A DNA stretch of 64,000 bases. Origin: Tubulanus polymorphus. Lineage: Eukaryota; Animalia; Nemertea. Both the position numbers and the translations under genes were made by a program. Under the pieces are notes generated by a model, which saw nothing but the letters and a program-made list of their open reading frames with translations, was not told the origin of the DNA and did no database searches. This document shows, in pieces, positions 1 to 13,210 of this stretch. Where the stretch lies: positions 18,572,150-18,636,149 of the forward strand of contig NC_134026.1 in the NCBI RefSeq assembly GCF_964204645.1. Direction: 5' to 3'. Position 1 is the first letter of the stretch, and each line of letters opens with the position of its first letter.

Positions 1-863
1 ACCGCTGTTGCCGATACAATCTGTCTGATATCATTCAGCTCACTTCGCTCTACAAATACTCCGTGCGAATATTGAAGAATCAACGTTACAAAAGCACTGT
101 CGGGCCGTTTTTCTAAGTCGTCTTTCCGAAATCTATCGCACGTTTCTTGTCACGTCGATTATCAATTCAAGCATAAATTAACAAATTTATTACCCAAAGA
201 TTGCACATTCTGTCGCGGTTTTTAAAAACTAATTTTAACAATAGCCCATTTTCCTCATCAAATCATATTACCGATATACAGGAAATTTACTACTTTAGAT
301 TTTGAAAGCACTGTCCAGCCGTAAACATCCACGAATCGACGAGTGTCACTACATCGTCGTTCCGGGGATCAGCTGCGAGTTTCTCCTCATCATGAGAATC
401 AAATCGAGTACAAATTAATTTATTACTACCAGTGATTTGGCCACGGGCCTCAAGCAGTTAGTTTAGCAATACCTATTTTTCTTTATCAAATTAACCGTGT
501 ATTTACTAAGATAAATCATAAGTGTACCAGGGAGTCGTAGGCCTAAACGAAACACGCCGAAGAGATATAGCAGAGAAAAGCTGTCATGTCGACGAGGTAT
601 CAAAATAAAAGAATATATTACTTTATTCGGCCGCAGGCCTCAACCTCTATATCAATACCATCAATACTCTATATTTCTACAGTACATACCGATCATTGTC
701 AAATCCACAAGGTATTTACTAAATACAAGTATATAACACACTCCTATCCGTATGCTGGACTCACACTTGACATTCGGAGTAAGCGTTCGCTGTGGGGGAA
801 AGGAGATCGTTCGCTGTGTCGCTTGAAGTGTTTATCAAGTTTAACGCGACCTTAAGGCTTTAG

Positions 864-2120
864 TATGGTGGCTGATAAGATAAAAAAACACGAATATGCA
901 AATGAGGGCGACATTACGACAAAACTAAAATAACGCGAGATATCAATGATTTTGATTTTGCATTCATTTGATTTTGACTTCATTATTTTGGTTTTGTCAC
1001 ACCGACAATTCAATATTTTGGTTTTATCGCCAGCGACAATTCATTATTTTGGTTTTATCGCTTGCGACAATTCATTAGTTTGGTTTTGTCGCCCGCGATT
1101 ATTCAATGTTTTTGTTTTGTTGCCCGCGACAATTCAATATTTTGGTTTTATCGCACATGACAATTCATTACATTGGTTTTATCGCCAGCGGCAATTCATT
1201 ATTTTGGTTTTGTCGCCCGCGACAATTCTTCTTTTTGGTTTTGTTGCCTGCTACAATTCATTATTTTGGTTTTATATTTTGTTTTTGTCGCCAGCCTCAA
1301 TATTTTTGTTTTATCGCCCGCGACAATTCATTATTTTGGTTTTATCGCCCGCGACAATTCAATATTTTGGTTTTATCGCCCGCGATTATTCATTATTTTG
1401 GTTTTGTCACCCGCAACAATTCATTAGTTTGGTTTGGTCGCCCGCGACAATTCAATATTTTGGTTTTATCGCCCACGACAATTCATTACTTTGGTTTTAT
1501 CTCCAGCAACAATTCATTATTTTTGTTTTGTCGCCCGTGACAATTCTTCTTTTTGGTTTTGTCGCCCGCGACAATTCATTTCTTTGGTTTTATATTTTGT
1601 TTTTGTCGCCCGTGACAAATTTTTCTTTTGGTTTTGTCGCCGGAGACAATTCAATATTTTGGTTTTATCGCCCGCGATAATTCATTATTTTGGTTTCATC
1701 GCCCGCGACAATTCATTATTTTGGTTTTGTCGCCCGAGACAATTCATTATTTTGGTTTTATCGCCGGCGACAATTCATTATTTTGGTTTTATCGCTTGCG
1801 ACAATTCATTAGTTTGGTTTTATCGCTCGCGACAATTCATTATTTTGGTTTTGTCGTCTACGACAATTCATTATTTTGGTTTTATCGCCCGCGACGATTC
1901 AATATTTTGGTTTTATCGCCCGCGATAATTCATTATTTTGGTTTTATCGCCCGCGACAATTCATTATTTGGTTTTGTCGCCCGAGACAATTCATTATTTT
2001 GGTTTTATCGCCCGCGACAATTCATTATTTTGGTTTTATCGCTTGCGACAATTCATTAGTTTGGTTTTGTCGCCCGCGACAATTCATAATTTTGGTTTTG
2101 TCGCCCGTGGTTTTGTCGGA
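864..2120. repeat. 31-bp minisatellite (~36 units, ~985-2110) preceded by an IS3EU-like terminus TATGGTGGCTGA at 864
   Basis: Unit consensus GCGACAATTCATTATTTTGGTTTT(A/G)TCGCCC, with self-complementary GCGACAA...TTGTCGC. The same 12-mer TATGGTGGCTGA starts the IS3EU-like element at 55232. Confidence 0.9.
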
Positions 2121-3289
2121 ACATTAAGTTTTTTGGTCGAACAGTGTGTTAAGGTCGTTTTGGAAATTTACTCGGTCTGGTATATTTTGGATTACTGTGT
2201 ATGTCATTTGTCAGGACATTAAACAGAAGACGACTTAGGATACTACCTTGCGTGACTCCACTAGTTAGACCGTCTCATTCCAAGATGAGGCGTTCCGTTG
2301 ATTTCGGTTACAAGTTTCTGTTCAGAGATAACTGCTGAGCCATTTGGGCGACCTATCATTGATACTGTTTCCTAATAGCCTGTTTAGTAATGGCTGATGT
2401 TGAGCCTTATCAAATGCTTTGTCGAAATCCACCGTTGAACAGGATTCTAAGACTGTGCAGAAAACCCGTTATCGCTGCTTTGCAGCTATATTTATTTTTT
2501 TCCCTTTTCCACACATTTTTTGTTAAAAGTGTAAAGGCTTCCTTACCTTACCGCTGTCGCCGATACAATCCGTATGATATCCTTCAGCTCACTTCAATCT
2601 CCAGATACTGCATGGGAATTTTGATAAATCCACGTTATAAAGGCACTGTCGAACCGTAAACATCGGAAATTTGGCTCCGTTCAATTAGTAGCCATGTTGT
2701 GTTTTCTTTCCGAAATTTCTCTCTTCTTTATGTGGAAGAGCTATCGAATTATTCCCTCTCTTCTCCACAATCAATTTCAAAGTCAATTTTATGAATTTAT
2801 TGCTCAGCGAGTCCAATAGTTAACGAGTCCAGCGTTCGCGTGTCTGACAGGTTTACGGGCATTGTTTGTTACCTCTTTAATATTTTTGATTTCTTGTTAT
2901 TCCGGTTATTTCATTTAAGTATATTGCTGATCAGTTCATGTAACCAAAAGCGTCAATAAACAGATTTTGAATTGATGAAGTTTAAATCAAGGTCGTTGAG
3001 TCGCGGAGGGCTACTAGAATTACGGTGCAGAATTACGTTCGTCTAAGAGAAAAAAAAAACGACAGAAAAGTATCAGGTGATTATTGATAGCCTACTACGG
3101 TACACACAGTAAGTGACAAACAGTGTTAGGCCTGTGCCGGTTGGTGTGTACTGGGAATAAATATGCTGGTTGGTCAGTTGGTTCGGTTGTGAAGTGTGGA
3201 AGCTAAGAAAGCCTACCGGTATTTATTTGTCTATAGGCCTATTATATAGTAGCCAATACCATTTTTTAAGTACGAAGTTGTTATACGTA

Positions 3290-3583
3290 CGTGACTGTAC
3301 GGTGATATCCATAGGTTAACCGTTCGTCAGTTCCCTAAAAAGGCCGTACGTGAGTTCCCTAAAAACGCCGTACGTGAGTTCCTATAATCTGCAAACGCGC
3401 ATGCGTGAAAGAATAGAGTTTGGGTTAGGTGAGGCTAGGCTATTTGTAAATCAAATTTCATCCACCTTGCAGTTACGTTCTGTGGCACCGTGGGTAAATC
3501 ACTGGACTACAACTGGATTTTTTTTCGTTTGGTTTCGAATCCCAATATTGCAAGTCTGAGCGTCAACGTACTCACATACGGCT
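3290..3583 (-). mobile_element. HINE/DINE-1-like small non-autonomous element at the Helitron truncation point
   Basis: Subterminal inverted repeat GTACTCACATACGGC (3568-3582) vs GCCGTACGTGAGTTC (3343-3357, 3367-3381). Hairpin ACGGT..ACCGT at 3299-3323. Core (CCTCACCTAACCC, GGGATTCGAAACC) homologous to 34695-34820 and 52428-52550. Confidence 0.5.
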
Positions 3584-6500
3584 AACATTCAAATATATGT
3601 TTGTTACCCATGGATACCTCATCAATTACCAAGAGTGTTGTACGTCTTAGCAGGTCAGCTGTAGCAGTATTGTTGGAGATATTGCATGTCGAGTCTTCTT
3701 TGACATTTATAGGAATTTTACATCTTGAATGTAGTGTTCTGCCATTGTCTAGGAGTGTGGATGCAATACCAGAAAGAGCAGTTCCTAATGCTACGAAACC
3801 ATTGCATCTTGCTGCCGTTAGAATAACATTAAGCAAGTAGGTTTTCCCAGTTCCACCACTGGCATTTATGCAGAAAAGTTTGCCTTCATCATTCTGAAGT
3901 GATCCAATGACAGCATCATAAATGAGTTTTTGTTCATCATTTAAGGTTGGCAGCTTTTCTGTGAGTGCAGCGTGCAGTGCTGGCATATCATAAGACGTTT
4001 CTTCAGAAATCACTCTGGGCAAAGAGGTGACTGAATCCAATACTGGTAATGGAAGCGAGAAATCCAATGCAAGATCCAGGCCTTCACGTTGAACTGCATG
4101 CTGTAACTGTAGTAGAACTTCATTCTCAACTCTGGCAGTAACGTGATCAACATCCATTTGGTGCATTATGTCCCTGCTTAACTCAGTTCTCCATTTGTTC
4201 CAAAACTGCAATGGGTCTGGTGGCCTGCAGTAGATTAGAAGTGTGGCAAAAAAGTTCCTCAATTGTGACCCAAACTGTAGATTTGAGGCTTCTTCCATGG
4301 CACGATATATTTCTCCATCATCTGTTATGAGGCCGAGTTTCATGCATGCATCTTGGAATGTAGGGCATAGTTCACCGTTGATTGTTCGAAGGTCTTCATA
4401 GCTTGTGGCACCTGCCCGATGGTGTAGGAGCATTCGCAAGAAATACAGTTCAGTTTGATGGGCACTTAATGATATCGTGGGTATACGTCCTAAAACATCG
4501 GTTGTTATTTCACCATTAGCATTGACTGTTCCACGTTTTCTTCGTTGCAATTTTTTGCCCGACGTGTTCCACGTGAAGTATCTTGGGAATTCTGGATACA
4601 GTATAGTTCTAGCAGTTTCATCCTCTGCATTCATTTGGAAGAAGGCTGTCAATTTGGTGGTGGGCGGTCCATTTTCTACAACTGTAGCAGCATCACTTGC
4701 TTGGAACAGCACAGTTTGTTCTCCTGATAGATGACACGGCAATTTCTCAACTGGAGGATATTTTTGGTGAATGGGGAAGCCATATATCTTCCAGAACGCT
4801 TCACTTGCCGATATGTAGCATGCATTGAGGTAGGTGGATATTTCATCTTGGGCTGACGATCCATTGTCCAATGAAACAATAACTATGTCCTGTCCCTTTG
4901 TGATGTACTTATATAGATATTTCACGGCCTGTATAGAGTGAACGACTTCAACATTAATATGAGTATCATATCTGAGTGACAGCAGTGGGTTATATGGAAC
5001 CACAAATGAGTTGTCGACATCAAAATCAGCACCTCGGATACGAATGGTGTTTCTATAGCCCCCTTGATCTGAGGATCTTCGTCTGTAAACAGGGTAATTG
5101 TCGTCATGGACCACTGTTCGCTGAGAAAACATCTTTGGGAAATTTTTTGTGCATCTCCTGTTAACGCCAATACCATCCATGCAAGGACTCCCGGGATTTA
5201 TTGTACCACATGGTCCATGTATATTATTTGCGGTTATTATTTTATGCAGCCGTGGATTGCATGCTATATCGGGAATTTCTGCACTCACTACCTGGTCAAT
5301 GATTTCCGGCGTCCTTGGCTTATCGTCGTTATCCATAATGAGCAATATGTGGGCATGTGAAAGCCCGCGTTTCTGCCACTCTATTGTTGCAGTATGTGCT
5401 TTCACGCGGCCCAACACATGCTTCTTCAGGAGGTCATCCATCAGAGAGTCAAATTTCAGTTTGAACACTCTTACAGCAATGTCTGGTCGATCATGTGCTC
5501 GCTCACCCGGATTTAGAGATTCCACTATTTCAGGCCACTTTGGATTTGTTGTAAAAGTGATGAAATAGTCTGGTCGTCCAATGTATCGGACAATAGTCAT
5601 CGCATTTTGAAATGCCTCTGAATAGAAGCGCGGAGATCCATATATTGTTGGTGGTAGAATTATTTTTTTACCTGGGTTCATGACATCACCATTCTGTATG
5701 GCATCATGTAATCCTTGGTATTTTTCGGCTCTTATGGTCTTCTAGTGTAATTTGGCCCATTGCAGTCGGGACATTTCAATTTTAGCCCACTGATCTACTG
5801 CATACTGTTGTAACAAACGACGACTTTTCATTAGAATATTTGAATCATTTTTCCGAACATGGAGGCGGTACGAATAGAAATCTAATGCGGTGAGTGTTTT
5901 ATTATCAGTGGTTTTCAGACCTAACTGCCAACCATCCGTTCCATATGGGAAGAGAAGAACATAATGTAACGGATCATATGATCTGTGTAGATTACTGATT
6001 TTCTTTAAACCGCCTTCGCGAAATTACTATAACATCAGCATTTCCGCATACATCTCCGTGCAATAGAGCTGATACCTCAGACGAAGTTGGTAAGTTATAT
6101 AATCTACAGTGCTCAAGCGATGGTTTCAATTTCTTGTCAGCATGTAGGATGATGCGAATATCTTCATCTGTGCTAGATGTCAGTTCTATGGCACTTTTAA
6201 ATGACTGTACATATGAATTAACTTCGTGAAGGTATTGTTGCAATTTGGTCAGGATATCACGATTCAATGCACTCATATGCAGCAGACGATTTTCAACCTC
6301 ATTATCGGTGTCATAAAAAAATAACTGCGTACTTAGGCGTGGATGTCTCGTCTGGAAGTAAGGAACCAATCTGATGGTACATTTTACCTTGTATTTTAAA
6401 TGTGGGATTAAAACCTGGAGGTGAAACAGTAGTACAGCCAATTGATGCCAGGGCTAAAGCATTATTGTATGCCCTTATATTGTTCAGAAAATGTTCATCA

Positions 6501-6928
6501 TTATCAAAGAGATAACAAATATCTGCCGGTGGTGCAGGTATAGGTTCGACAAAAATTTTCCCACTTTTGCAACACATGGATGGCTTTTCGTCTGGCCATC
6601 TGTACGCACTGCAATGTGCGCAGTTAATGTCATAAAGTTTTCTACAATTGTGGCGTATGAGGTCATGAGGTAGTGTATCCTCATCAAAGTGTTCAGAAAC
6701 TCCAAGTCTTAGAAAATCAGAATCCCTGAAATGGCGAGTTGGGGGTTCTGACTGTGATCGTGCATCCAATCTCAATGCTCTAACTCGGTCACGCATCCGA
6801 CTTGTTCTTTCTTCTCTCTGTTGTGGACTTTCTTGTGCTCGCGTTGTTTTTCTAGCAGCTGCATCTTTTGATGACCGTGAAAGGGAACGACTTCTGGCCT
6901 TTTTAGGCATTTTTAAAACCTCAACCAA
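3582..6928 (-). pseudogene. Helitron Rep/helicase (RepHel), frameshifted and 3'-truncated
   Basis: N-terminal Cys-rich CAHC..MCCKSGK; HUH motif EWQKRGLSHAHILL; catalytic KYLYKYITKG; PIF1 Walker A ASGGTGKT and Walker B LLVIDEVSM. Split over ORFs 6311-6928, 5992-6441 and 3582-5681; ends just after Walker B. Confidence 0.96.
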
Positions 6929-7002
6929 TTACCGTCAAAGAAAAAAAGTTAGTCTGCAATGAAATTACAAATTATCTTTTTATTATCAAAATGTTACAAA
7001 TT

Positions 7003-7540
7003 TTATTCAGATTCTGAATTTATTATCTTCATCGCCCCCTCTTCATCAACTTGCTCTTCACTCTTCTCTCTCGTCTGAGTGTCGCACATCTGCAGTGCCA
7101 GTGATAGTTCGGCATCATCTGTGCTGGATATGTCTAAGTTTGTACTACATGTAGTTTCAATCTCTGGATCTGTGGTTTTTGGTTTTTGTAGTAGCACTTT
7201 CTTCGGCTGCGGTTCGGAATTTTGAAACAGACATTTCCGTTTTGGTGTCGATTGAGCTACCGGTTTGATTGCAGATTTTGCAATCTGGGATTTGAATCCC
7301 GCTATGGTCCTTCGGGCATCTGTTTGTAGGGCTGCTAAGTCTTTATGTCTGTACAGAATTTATCAAACGATTCCTGGATGCAAGATAATGCGCGAGGGTT
7401 CAACTTACTGGACTCCTTGCAGTTGTGATATACAATGTTGAGCTCAGCCACTGCCAAATCTTTCACAATGCTACTTTCCGACTGTTTGATCTTGTTTATA
7501 ATTGTTGTTATTCTTTCATTAATATTAACGGACATCTGCA
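7003..7540 (-). pseudogene. Frameshifted exon of unknown protein upstream of and co-oriented with the Helitron RepHel (possible cargo)
   Basis: Acceptor-like TTTGCAG at ~7537. ORFs 7335-7541 and 7003-7197 appear to be one coding stretch broken by a frameshift; UIM-like DAELSLALQMC. Confidence 0.3.
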
Positions 7541-8539
7541 AATATAAAAAATTGTGTGTCGAGTTAAATTTTCACCTATATTTTAAATTGTTTTGGGTCA
7601 GATCAGTTGTCAGTAATTATAATGAACAGGACTCATTTCTCATATCTGCAACATAGAGAAAAAATTATTTTCTGCCTCATTTGAAGGAATGTTTTTTTCA
7701 GGGCACCATAGGGCCCTAAAATTAATGTATTTTTCACCATGTCACCTGTGGGGCTCCGTAAAGTTTATCATTTAAGCCTACCTTTAATATTTTTATAAAT
7801 CTTGAGACTTGAAATTGAGAAACTGAAGAACAGCAATGCAGATATCTGAAATGGACAAAAAAATTGACTTCTAAAAATAAAATGAACCATATATATACTC
7901 TGTAGCCTACTTTTAGTTAGTTCCGTAACGTAACGTTTTAACTCGAAAACATTTTTCCTCATATAATGGTAGCGACTATTTGACTCTCTGGAGCAAAACC
8001 ATTAGGAACGAATCGGGACTAAAACTTTTAGTCAGTTACTTTCACTTTCACTTTCACTTTAACTCGACTGAGCAGGTTTATAACTGGACTCAGGTGTTTG
8101 GTTGGCTTATATTCTTTGGCTTAGTTCATTTTGTTTCATTGGGAAGCTGGAGATATTTCATGAAGTGGCTAGGGCCGGGGTAGCCTCCTGGCATTCAATA
8201 AATTTATTTGAATTGATTTTGACTTTATTTGTAGTTCAAGCCCGTTCAAGCTTTAAATTAGGCATGAGTGTGCTCTCTGTGTATTATGTCAATCAGCCTA
8301 CCTTTGTTATAAACGTTATTGACACCAACGAAGGTTGACGATGACAATAGATGAATACAAAACACACTGAAACAGGTTTTCAAAGCATGAATGGAATGAA
8401 TACACGTGAATGAGAACTGAAGAAGCAGTTGTATTTCCGCATCAGACCATGAAGCCGTGTGAGGCAGTGTGAGCAGTAGGCAGTGAAAGAATAAATATTA
8501 TTCCGAGAAAACAAAGAACAAAATTACTTACTTGCTATC

Positions 8540-9140
8540 TGGGCCTTACGATCTTTGATTTTGCTTGTGGTTTTAGAGAGGCGAGCCTCCTTTTCTTTCA
8601 GCGAAACTTCCTCCGCTCTAGTAGCAGCAAGAAATTCCCCAAATCTCTGGAACCTTCCCTCCCTTTTGAGGTTGAGGGATGATATCATAGCCTCATTTTC
8701 GTTTGCGGCACCTACGTTTATTGCCTTCCTAAAAAGGTCTGTAGGCGCTGTATATAATGACTACTGGTTTCGTCAATCGACTGTTTGGATTCATAGAATC
8801 TCATTAAGATAGAATGTCCATCAGCAACAGTGCCATAGACGACCTGCAGAACTTCATTGATCTCTTTTAAAGTTGCATCAGGGCCTAAGCTCCGGACAAT
8901 GCCCATAGCTGGCTGTGCCAGGCTTTGAAAAATAATTCTCTTTTTAATTCGATCATCTCCGTCTTCCCTTTCAAGCTCGTTTACATAAAAAGACCTTGTA
9001 TCAAAATATTCTTTCTACCTGAGAATAATTTGAGTCTACGGCTCCATGATTTTTCATTAATATGGCCCAATTGGCCATCTGCCTCCTCGGCTCTACGAGC
9101 ACTAATCTCAGCCTCAGTCTCAGCCTCAGCCTCAGCCATG
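8540..9140 (-). pseudogene. Ty3/Gypsy PNMA-type gag fragment
   Basis: GIVRSLGPDATLKEINEVLQVVYGTVADGHSILMRFYESKQSIDETSSHYIQRLQ resembles the PNMA/Gypsy capsid region; disrupted. Confidence 0.75.
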
Positions 9141-9648
9141 ACTAATTGTAAACAAAAGAATTAAAAAAATACGACCTATTAGCGGATACTGGAAGCAGTT
9201 CCTGGTCAAATTAATAAAACTAGTTCTTGGCGAACCTACTCTTATACTAGGAAAATGAAAGCTTTTAATCTCTTTCAACTTTTGTCCTAATTTTCACAAT
9301 CTAAACTAATAACAGAGTTACTCCAGGAAATTTGTGAGTGCAAATCGTAACTACCGGGATTTCTAATTACATTAACCCTAATATCTATAGCCAATCACAT
9401 GACGTGCAGTGGATGAGCAATGCAGTTTCTCTCACTTCTAACTGAAATAATTATATCTAAGTATCAACACTGAAAAAAGAATGCTTATATTCTTATCTGC
9501 TTAGTTCTGACTGAAATATATACTAACACCCATTCAACAACTGCGCCACAATCAGTGGGCGGTACTGACAGTTTGACCTGACAGTTGTCAATAATCAAAT
9601 GAATAGTTCATGGTATTCTCTAAAAATAAATCCGACAGATTTTAAAAA

Positions 9649-11009
9649 TCCCAGCGAGGGTGCCAAATGTAAAATACCCACTTGCTACACAGAATTACAA
9701 GAAAACCAAAATCGCCACGGTGGGTTTGGGAACAAATGTCAGAGAGAAATACCAGGACTGAACTTGACTAAACGCAGAACCATTCATATAAGAATATAGT
9801 ACAATTTTATATTTTTCTATAAAATGAATAAACAGTTACAAGATTATATAATTAATATTAATCAGACCACAAATATTGCCTAAATTCAATTAAGTGAGCC
9901 CACTGACTTGTTACTAATATGTATTAAATAGTTTTCCTAAAAAGATTTTATCATACGACCTGTTTGTTGGTTGTCCGTTCCGAATTTACAGCAATCAACG
10001 ATAAATTAATGTCCAATTAATGTTTCTTTACAGCCACTTCATCCAAATTCGATAATGTCAGTCAGTTTGTTTTTTCACTTAACACAATAAATTCACTTTC
10101 CAATTTTCCATCTGCACCACGATTACAAAGTAACCAAATCATCCTCAACAGCCAATATACACAAGAAATAAACCAAACCACATCGCTCACCAATCCACAA
10201 ACGTCGCCAAAATAAAAGTAGCTTAAATCCAATTCCGGAATGTCACCATAATTTCCGGTAAATCAATCCGTTTAAATACTTTCGATTCTCGAATGTGAAC
10301 AATTCGAAATCAATGCGCCATTCGATACAAATTTTATATTCTTCTCGCAGAGAAAAATTAATACTAAAGTTCCGCAAGCTGCTGTACTCCGTTTTATTTG
10401 TAGTTTACAAATAGTAAAACTTCTGTTCCTGATCGAACGAATTGCACTTCGATATTCGTATCTTCCGTGAAAATTACGCTTCCACAAAAGTTAAAGTAAC
10501 TCCTTAATTACTCATAAATCAGCAATGAGCAATTGCTAATTTTTTTCTCGATCCACTGCGAGAGCTAAAGCTTTCATAATATTAAAAACCTAGTTGGTTT
10601 TTGATAAAGAATTAACTTATAAAAGAGAGGACTAATTATTAGTTACTGCCCTCCTCTAGATCATGAGATCCCTTTTTCTTCTCCCTGACTAAAATTCAAC
10701 AACAGGAAATTCCCATCTAAATTATCCCCCATTTCCTGAAACTACTCAGGAAAAATAGTACCTTCCAAAATATAGAATTAAACCTTTGAAAACTTTTCTT
10801 AATTGAAAATAAACATTATAACACTCCAACTAACTGAACCTGATAAAGTTAGTTGAAGTTTTCTAAAGTCTGATGAATCTTAATATTTTTAAGTTTTAAA
10901 CGTTGACAGATGCAATCTGGAGGCACATAGCTTACCAAAAATGGTAAGGTTATTGCTTCTCTAAGATTACATATAACATTACTCAATTATAACCCCTGAC
11001 AATGTCACA
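9649..11009 (-). mobile_element. Putative 5' LTR (~9668-11009) and primer-binding site (9649-9665) of the Gypsy element
   Basis: Minus strand reads ...TTTTACA TT TGGCACCCTCGCTGGGA (LTR end CA, then a TGG-starting PBS) upstream of the gag. Candidate LTR start TGTGACA at 11009; this outer boundary is uncertain. Confidence 0.55.
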
Positions 11010-11462
11010 AACTGAAGCGAAATTGATGATAGCACATACTTCTGCCATGAAGGTGCTCAACACGTCATGTGTCAAGGTTTTCCCTGTATTCCCAAGGAGG
11101 ATTGAATCATAGAGTTCATAGCTATTGAATAATAGAGTTCAACTCTTAGTAGCAAATCAACTGTGCTTTGGTCGTCATCTCCCGATTCCAAGGACATCGT
11201 CAACAGCTAGGTCCATAGCGCATACATCAACAGCAACTGAGAGCTGTTATCTAGCAAATATTCTTGAGGGCATCTGTAGCTTGCTCACATAAACAAATTC
11301 GAGTGACTGATTGTATCCAGCCAGTTCCTCTCATGCGCTGAAAACTGCCTGGTAACTAGTTGTGTCCAATCGCAGTGTGCTAGGCTTTAAGAAGGCATTT
11401 AGGCCTAAGTTGAATCACCTCTAATTTTGAGACTTTATGAGGCCTATTTCTCAATTTTCCAG

Positions 11463-12973
11463 GAGATAATGAAGACTTGGCAAAAATTGGTGAGGCTAAT
11501 GAAAAACTGAGGTTTTGTGATGTGAAAAACAAATGCTATGAGTATGACTTAAAATGTGTACTGCTTACACATTTATTGAAGAAACTTATCCCAGATTGCT
11601 CAATCGCTGTGATGACTGATGAAATGGAAAGTATAGGGAAGACAATGAGGAATCCTCATGCTGAAAATGAATTTCTCTGTAGCTGTGGTTGTGGAGGGAG
11701 GATTTTCACTGACAAAACTTCAATTGGTATGTACATTAGACTAAGTGCTTAAATACAACCTTCAGGTGCACGTTTTATAGACTGGTATCATATTTGGCTG
11801 ACTCAATTCAAATTGCACCTCCCCTGAATCAGACTCTAGCCTCATAGCCTTACTTACCTAACTTTTTATTTAGATATGTTGGATCATGTGTTGGACCATT
11901 TCTTCTTTTCTTCGAACCACTACAGAGTTTGTCCTGTGGTTAGGGACTGGTGTGGTCTAATGCTGAAATACATGTGGAATTTTTGTTCGATGTTTCACGA
12001 TCAGCTTAGCCCCTTTATTTTTTAACAATTGCGAACAATTGGTGAAATCTGACAGTTATGGGCGCAGTGTAAGCTTATCATTTGGTTCAGTAAAACTTGT
12101 GGGTAAAGTAACTTGTGATGATAAAGAATGAATTATGATAGGACGTGACATCCATACCTCAAATTAAACTGATTGTGCCACATTAGCACAAGGAATTTGA
12201 GTACTTTTACCCAGAGTCAACTGTCTAAAGGGTTGGTCTAGACTGACAGCAGAATTCAATACAAAAGTATTTTCCCTTAATACAACCTAACAATATATTC
12301 TCCAAGTTTCTCAATGGGACTTGGCATTGGCCATAAGTCAGTAAAATCGGTTTCTTGTTTGCTAGGCCACCAAGAAGTATTCCATGGAAGAGTGGATGCA
12401 ATAATTGGGAAAACTGCAATTCAAATGACTCTCGAAGTACCTGATCCTGATGATGAAGGTGTTGATGAAGATACTGCATTTGAATTTAAAAAGGGTACCA
12501 TTCTTAATGTGGATACCATTGAACAAGGTGCTGCAACGGCAGTTGTTTTTTCATTTTTAAAGGCAAAAGAAAAGGGGCATTTCATTGTTGCCTACAATGA
12601 AAAGCAGCGCCTCAAATGCTATCTTACTCCAACCATTTTAATATCTGAATCAAAGTATATTATCATGTTCTATGATGCCGTAAATGATCTTTTCCTTGCT
12701 TCAAATGAGGAAATATTCTGGCACCAGACATTAAGAATAAAAGATTTTTTCTATTTGTGGCTGGCACTGAACTATGAAAAAACTATGATGACTGTATATG
12801 GAACTGATACTTGTGAAAAGGTCAATTACCTAAGGTCTGGGTTTCATGAAAAAACTTGCAATTTAGACAAGTATTATGAAGTTGAGTATGGAGTTGAATT
12901 TAAAGAGCCAATGTCAAACCTGACAGAAATTTTCATGAATCCCATCAGTGATATAATTTCTGTGTTGCATTAG
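11463..12973 (+). CDS. Two spliced exons (11463-11726, 12366-12973) of an uncharacterised protein with a Cys-rich CSCGC motif and a possible PD-(D/E)XK-like nuclease motif; upstream exon(s) not found
   Basis: CCAG acceptor at 11461-62, G|GTATGT donor at 11727, polypyrimidine-TAG acceptor at 12364-65. The phase-1 join reads DKTSIG-HQEVFHGRVDAIIG and stays open to TAG at 12973; FEFK downstream of the Asp. Confidence 0.65.
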
Positions 12974-13210
12974 GATCTTTAGCCCACCGTTCGTGGCTGA
13001 TTGATTTGATGACCCCCTATATATCCCTAAGATCTGGTATGAGTTCGATAGTATTGAAAATCAGATCAAAGATGGCCAATAGTCGGCCATTTTCGTTTGT
13101 AAAATGCACAGTTTCGGGTTTTTGTGATTCTGAGTTAGAGAACATACTTTCAGTGTATAGATAATGCTTTATCTAATTTGAGACTAGCTTGAAAAAAATG
13201 TGAGATGAAA

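Noticed and set aside
946-2222. Overlapping hydrophobic ORFs, or a CRISPR-like array
   Set aside because: The ORFs are artefacts of a stop-poor 31-bp tandem repeat. Units are contiguous with no unique spacers, there are no cas genes, and the context is eukaryotic.
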